A program made the translations under genes and the position numbers. Positions 36,037 to 38,128 of a stretch of DNA of 38,128 nt are shown one piece after another; position 1 is the first letter of the stretch, and every line of letters starts with the position of its first letter. This stretch comes from an uncultured Micropruina sp. (GTDB lineage: Bacteria; Actinomycetota; Actinomycetes; Propionibacteriales; Propionibacteriaceae), in contig CALMIQ010000086.1 of assembly GCA_937863965.1 (NCBI GenBank), positions 1-38,128 of the forward strand. The letters are read 5' to 3'. Under the pieces are notes generated by a model. That model worked only from the letters and a program-made list of their open reading frames with translations, did not search any database and was not told the origin of the DNA.

Positions 36037-37056
36037 GTGGCCAGCATCGAACTCATCTGTGAAAACTGCGGAACCGCCAATCCGCAGGGTGCTCAGTTCT
36101 GCCAGAACTGCAAGTCGTTCCTGGCCTGGGACCGGACGACGCCGTCCACGCCGACGCAGCCGAGACCCGCGACCGGCCCGGTGCCGCCCGTCGCCGGGAC
36201 GCCGATCGGCCCGCCCCCGACGGCCCCGGGGGCCCGGCCTCCGCTGCCGCCCACGCAAGTCACCACCGCCGTCCAGCCCACGCCGCAGCGGGATACCGCT
36301 TGGGCGGGCTTCTGCACCTGGTGCGGCGCGGGCAATCCGGCCGGACGGCACCTGTGCCGCCGCTGTGGCCTGCTGCTCGACCGGAACGACGCCTGGGCCG
36401 TGCCGCGCGTCGCGGGCGGGCAGGCGCCCATCGCGGCCGCGGCCGAGCACCAGCGGTCGGTGCCCGGCTGGTACCGGCTGCGGGGGGTGATCGGCGCCGC
36501 CGCCGTCCTGGCCGTGGTGGCGGGGGCAGCGGGGTTGGTGCTGGCCAACCCGGTCGGACGCGCGACCGACACCTGGGCGACGCTGAACCGTCAGGCCGTC
36601 GACGTCCCCGTGGTCGGCGTGAGCGTCGAGCCGCCCGGCGCGGTCGCCGGCAACAACACCCCCGGGGCCGCGATCGACGGCAAGGTCGAGGAGCTGAGCC
36701 TGGCCTGGACGCCCTCGGGGGAGGCGGCCTGCGGGGCGGCGCCGGGGACCGGCTGGATCGTCCTGCAACTGCGCGAGCCCACTCGGATCCAGGGGTTGAT
36801 GATCTATCCGGGGCTGCACGGCGATAATCCGCGGCGCGATGCCGAGTACCTGCCCACCCTCGTCGGCGTGGAGTTCGACGGGGTGGCCTGCGCCGCGCGC
36901 CAGCTGGGGACGGCGGCCGACTGGGCCACCATCGAGGTCGACAGCGGACGGCCGGTCTCCACGATCCGGATCGGCATCGCCCGGGCGGAGACGAAGTCGA
37001 CGGAGCCCGGGCCGCGGGTCAGCATCACCGAGATCAGGCCGTTCACCTACGCGTGA
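36037..37056 (+). CDS. Zinc-ribbon + TM + beta-sandwich (glycan-binding-like) protein; CisA-like CIS membrane adaptor candidate
   Basis: CENCGTAN..AQFCQNC..FLAW, CTWCGAGN..RHLCRRCG. TM VIGAAAVLAVVAGAAGLVLA. C-terminal AAIDG...W...VSITEI. Confidence 0.75.
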   Translation: MASIELICENCGTANPQGAQFCQNCKSFLAWDRTTPSTPTQPRPATGPVPPVAGTPIGPPPTAPGARPPLPPTQVTTAVQPTPQRDTAWAGFCTWCGAGNPAGRHLCRRCGLLLDRNDAWAVPRVAGGQAPIAAAAEHQRSVPGWYRLRGVIGAAAVLAVVAGAAGLVLANPVGRATDTWATLNRQAVDVPVVGVSVEPPGAVAGNNTPGAAIDGKVEELSLAWTPSGEAACGAAPGTGWIVLQLREPTRIQGLMIYPGLHGDNPRRDAEYLPTLVGVEFDGVACAARQLGTAADWATIEVDSGRPVSTIRIGIARAETKSTEPGPRVSITEIRPFTYA

Positions 37057-37139
37057 CCGCGCGGCGACCCGCCGGTGCCGGTCTCGCCGCGGTGTGGATG
37101 CCCGGGCCGCGGCGGGTGCGGCGGGACTAATCTGCGGCA

Positions 37140-38128
37140 ATGAGCACCTTCGCCCTGACCCGCACCGATCATCCGACGCCCAGCGACGAGCGCGACGCGA
37201 TCGTGGCCAAGCCGGTGTTCGGGGCGAACTTCACCGACCACATGGCGCTGGCGATCTGGACCGACGGCGCCGGCTGGCACGACCGCGCGATCGTCGCCCG
37301 GCGTCCGTTCGAGCTGCATCCCGGGGCGGCCACCTTCCACTACGGCCAGGAGATCTTCGAGGGCCTGAAGGCCTTCCGGCAGAGCGACGGCGGGGTGGCA
37401 CTGTTCCGGCCCGAGAAGAACGCGGCCCGGTTCGCGTCCTCGGCCCGCCGGCTGGCGATGGCGCCGCTGCCCGAGGCCGACTTCGTGGCCGCGGTCACCG
37501 AACTGGTCGACCTCGACCGCGACTGGGTGCCGTCCCCGGCGGGCGAGCAGAGCCTGTACATCCGCCCGTTCGAGATCGCCAGCGAGACCCTGATCGGCGT
37601 CCGGGCCGCCAAGGAGTACACCTTCTGCGTGATCGCCTCGCCGGTCGGGCCGTACTATCCCGAACCGGTGACGCTGTGGGCGACGCCGAACTACACCCGC
37701 GCCGCCGAGGGCGGCACCGGCGCGGCCAAGTGCGGCGGCAACTACGCCGCCAGCCTGGCCGCCGCCGACGAGGCCGCCGAACACGGCTGCCAGCAGGTGA
37801 TCTGGCTGGACGGCGCCGAGCATCGTTGGGTGGAGGAGTGCGGCACGATGAACATCATGTTCGTCACGGCGTCCGGCGAACTGGTCACCCCGGCGCTCAC
37901 CGGCACCATCCTGGACGGCGTCACCCGCGACTCGATCCTCACCCTCGCGCCGGAACACGGGCTGCGCGCGGTGCAGCGCCGGATCGCCATCGACGAGGTC
38001 TTCGACGGCATCGCCGGCGGCGCGATCACCGAGGTGTTCGCCTGCGGCACCGCCGCCGTCGTCACCCCGATCGTCGGCTTCGCCGCGCCCGGGCCGAACG
38101 GCGCGGGCGATCGCCGGTTCACCGTCGG
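37140..38128 (+). CDS. ilvE: Branched-chain amino acid aminotransferase (3' end runs off the window)
   Basis: Hand translation: MSTFALTRT...FGANFTDHM...FHYGQEIFEGLKAF...SLYIRPF...GGTGAAKCGGNYAASL...EECGTMN...ILDGVTRDS...FACGTAAVVTP. TAATCT 6 nt before the ATG. Confidence 0.96.
   Translation, partial: MSTFALTRTDHPTPSDERDAIVAKPVFGANFTDHMALAIWTDGAGWHDRAIVARRPFELHPGAATFHYGQEIFEGLKAFRQSDGGVALFRPEKNAARFASSARRLAMAPLPEADFVAAVTELVDLDRDWVPSPAGEQSLYIRPFEIASETLIGVRAAKEYTFCVIASPVGPYYPEPVTLWATPNYTRAAEGGTGAAKCGGNYAASLAAADEAAEHGCQQVIWLDGAEHRWVEECGTMNIMFVTASGELVTPALTGTILDGVTRDSILTLAPEHGLRAVQRRIAIDEVFDGIAGGAITEVFACGTAAVVTPIVGFAAPGPNGAGDRRFTV

Larger units (their letters stand above)
5708..37056. other. Complete Streptomyces-type contractile injection system locus with regulators and membrane accessories
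   Basis: Cap, ATPase, DUF4157, sheath, tubes, VgrG, PAAR and baseplate present. No capsid, terminase, integrase, lysis genes or T6SS membrane complex. Confidence 0.93.

Overview
A high-GC, actinobacterial-type window carrying an apparently complete Streptomyces-type contractile injection system (CIS/eCIS). The locus encodes a DUF4255 cap, an AAA+ ATPase, a DUF4157 protein, two candidate cargo effectors, sheath, tube, a tail-assembly chaperone, a Pro/Ala-rich VQR-repeat protein, a second tube, a LysM tube initiator, VgrG, PAAR, gp25, baseplate J and tail-I proteins. It also has three bitopic membrane accessory proteins (one CisA-like), a MalT-STAND/SARP-BTAD regulator and a LuxR-HTH regulator. 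A vapBC toxin-antitoxin pair and a REP-like hairpin lie inside the locus. To the left is a same-strand block: an orphan T6SS-type Hcp, then a CHAT protease, an alpha/beta hydrolase and a second CHAT protease that runs off the window. ilvE starts at the right end. Less obvious signals read from the DNA: (i) a GGGGGAA -1 slippery site joining the chaperone ORF to a start-less DUF6760-like ORF, a phage G/GT-style frameshift; (ii) a TGCCC-N4-GGGCA-N8-TGCCC box before four CIS transcription units; (iii) 11-bp-periodic TGAGCC repeats before the luxR gene, suggesting a SARP -> LuxR -> CIS cascade; (iv) a shared (L/M)QR(S/A)AGNxA(V/I) N-terminal motif on three cargo candidates, two of which end in papain-like or HNH-like C-termini. 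All family assignments are by motif recognition; no searches were run.
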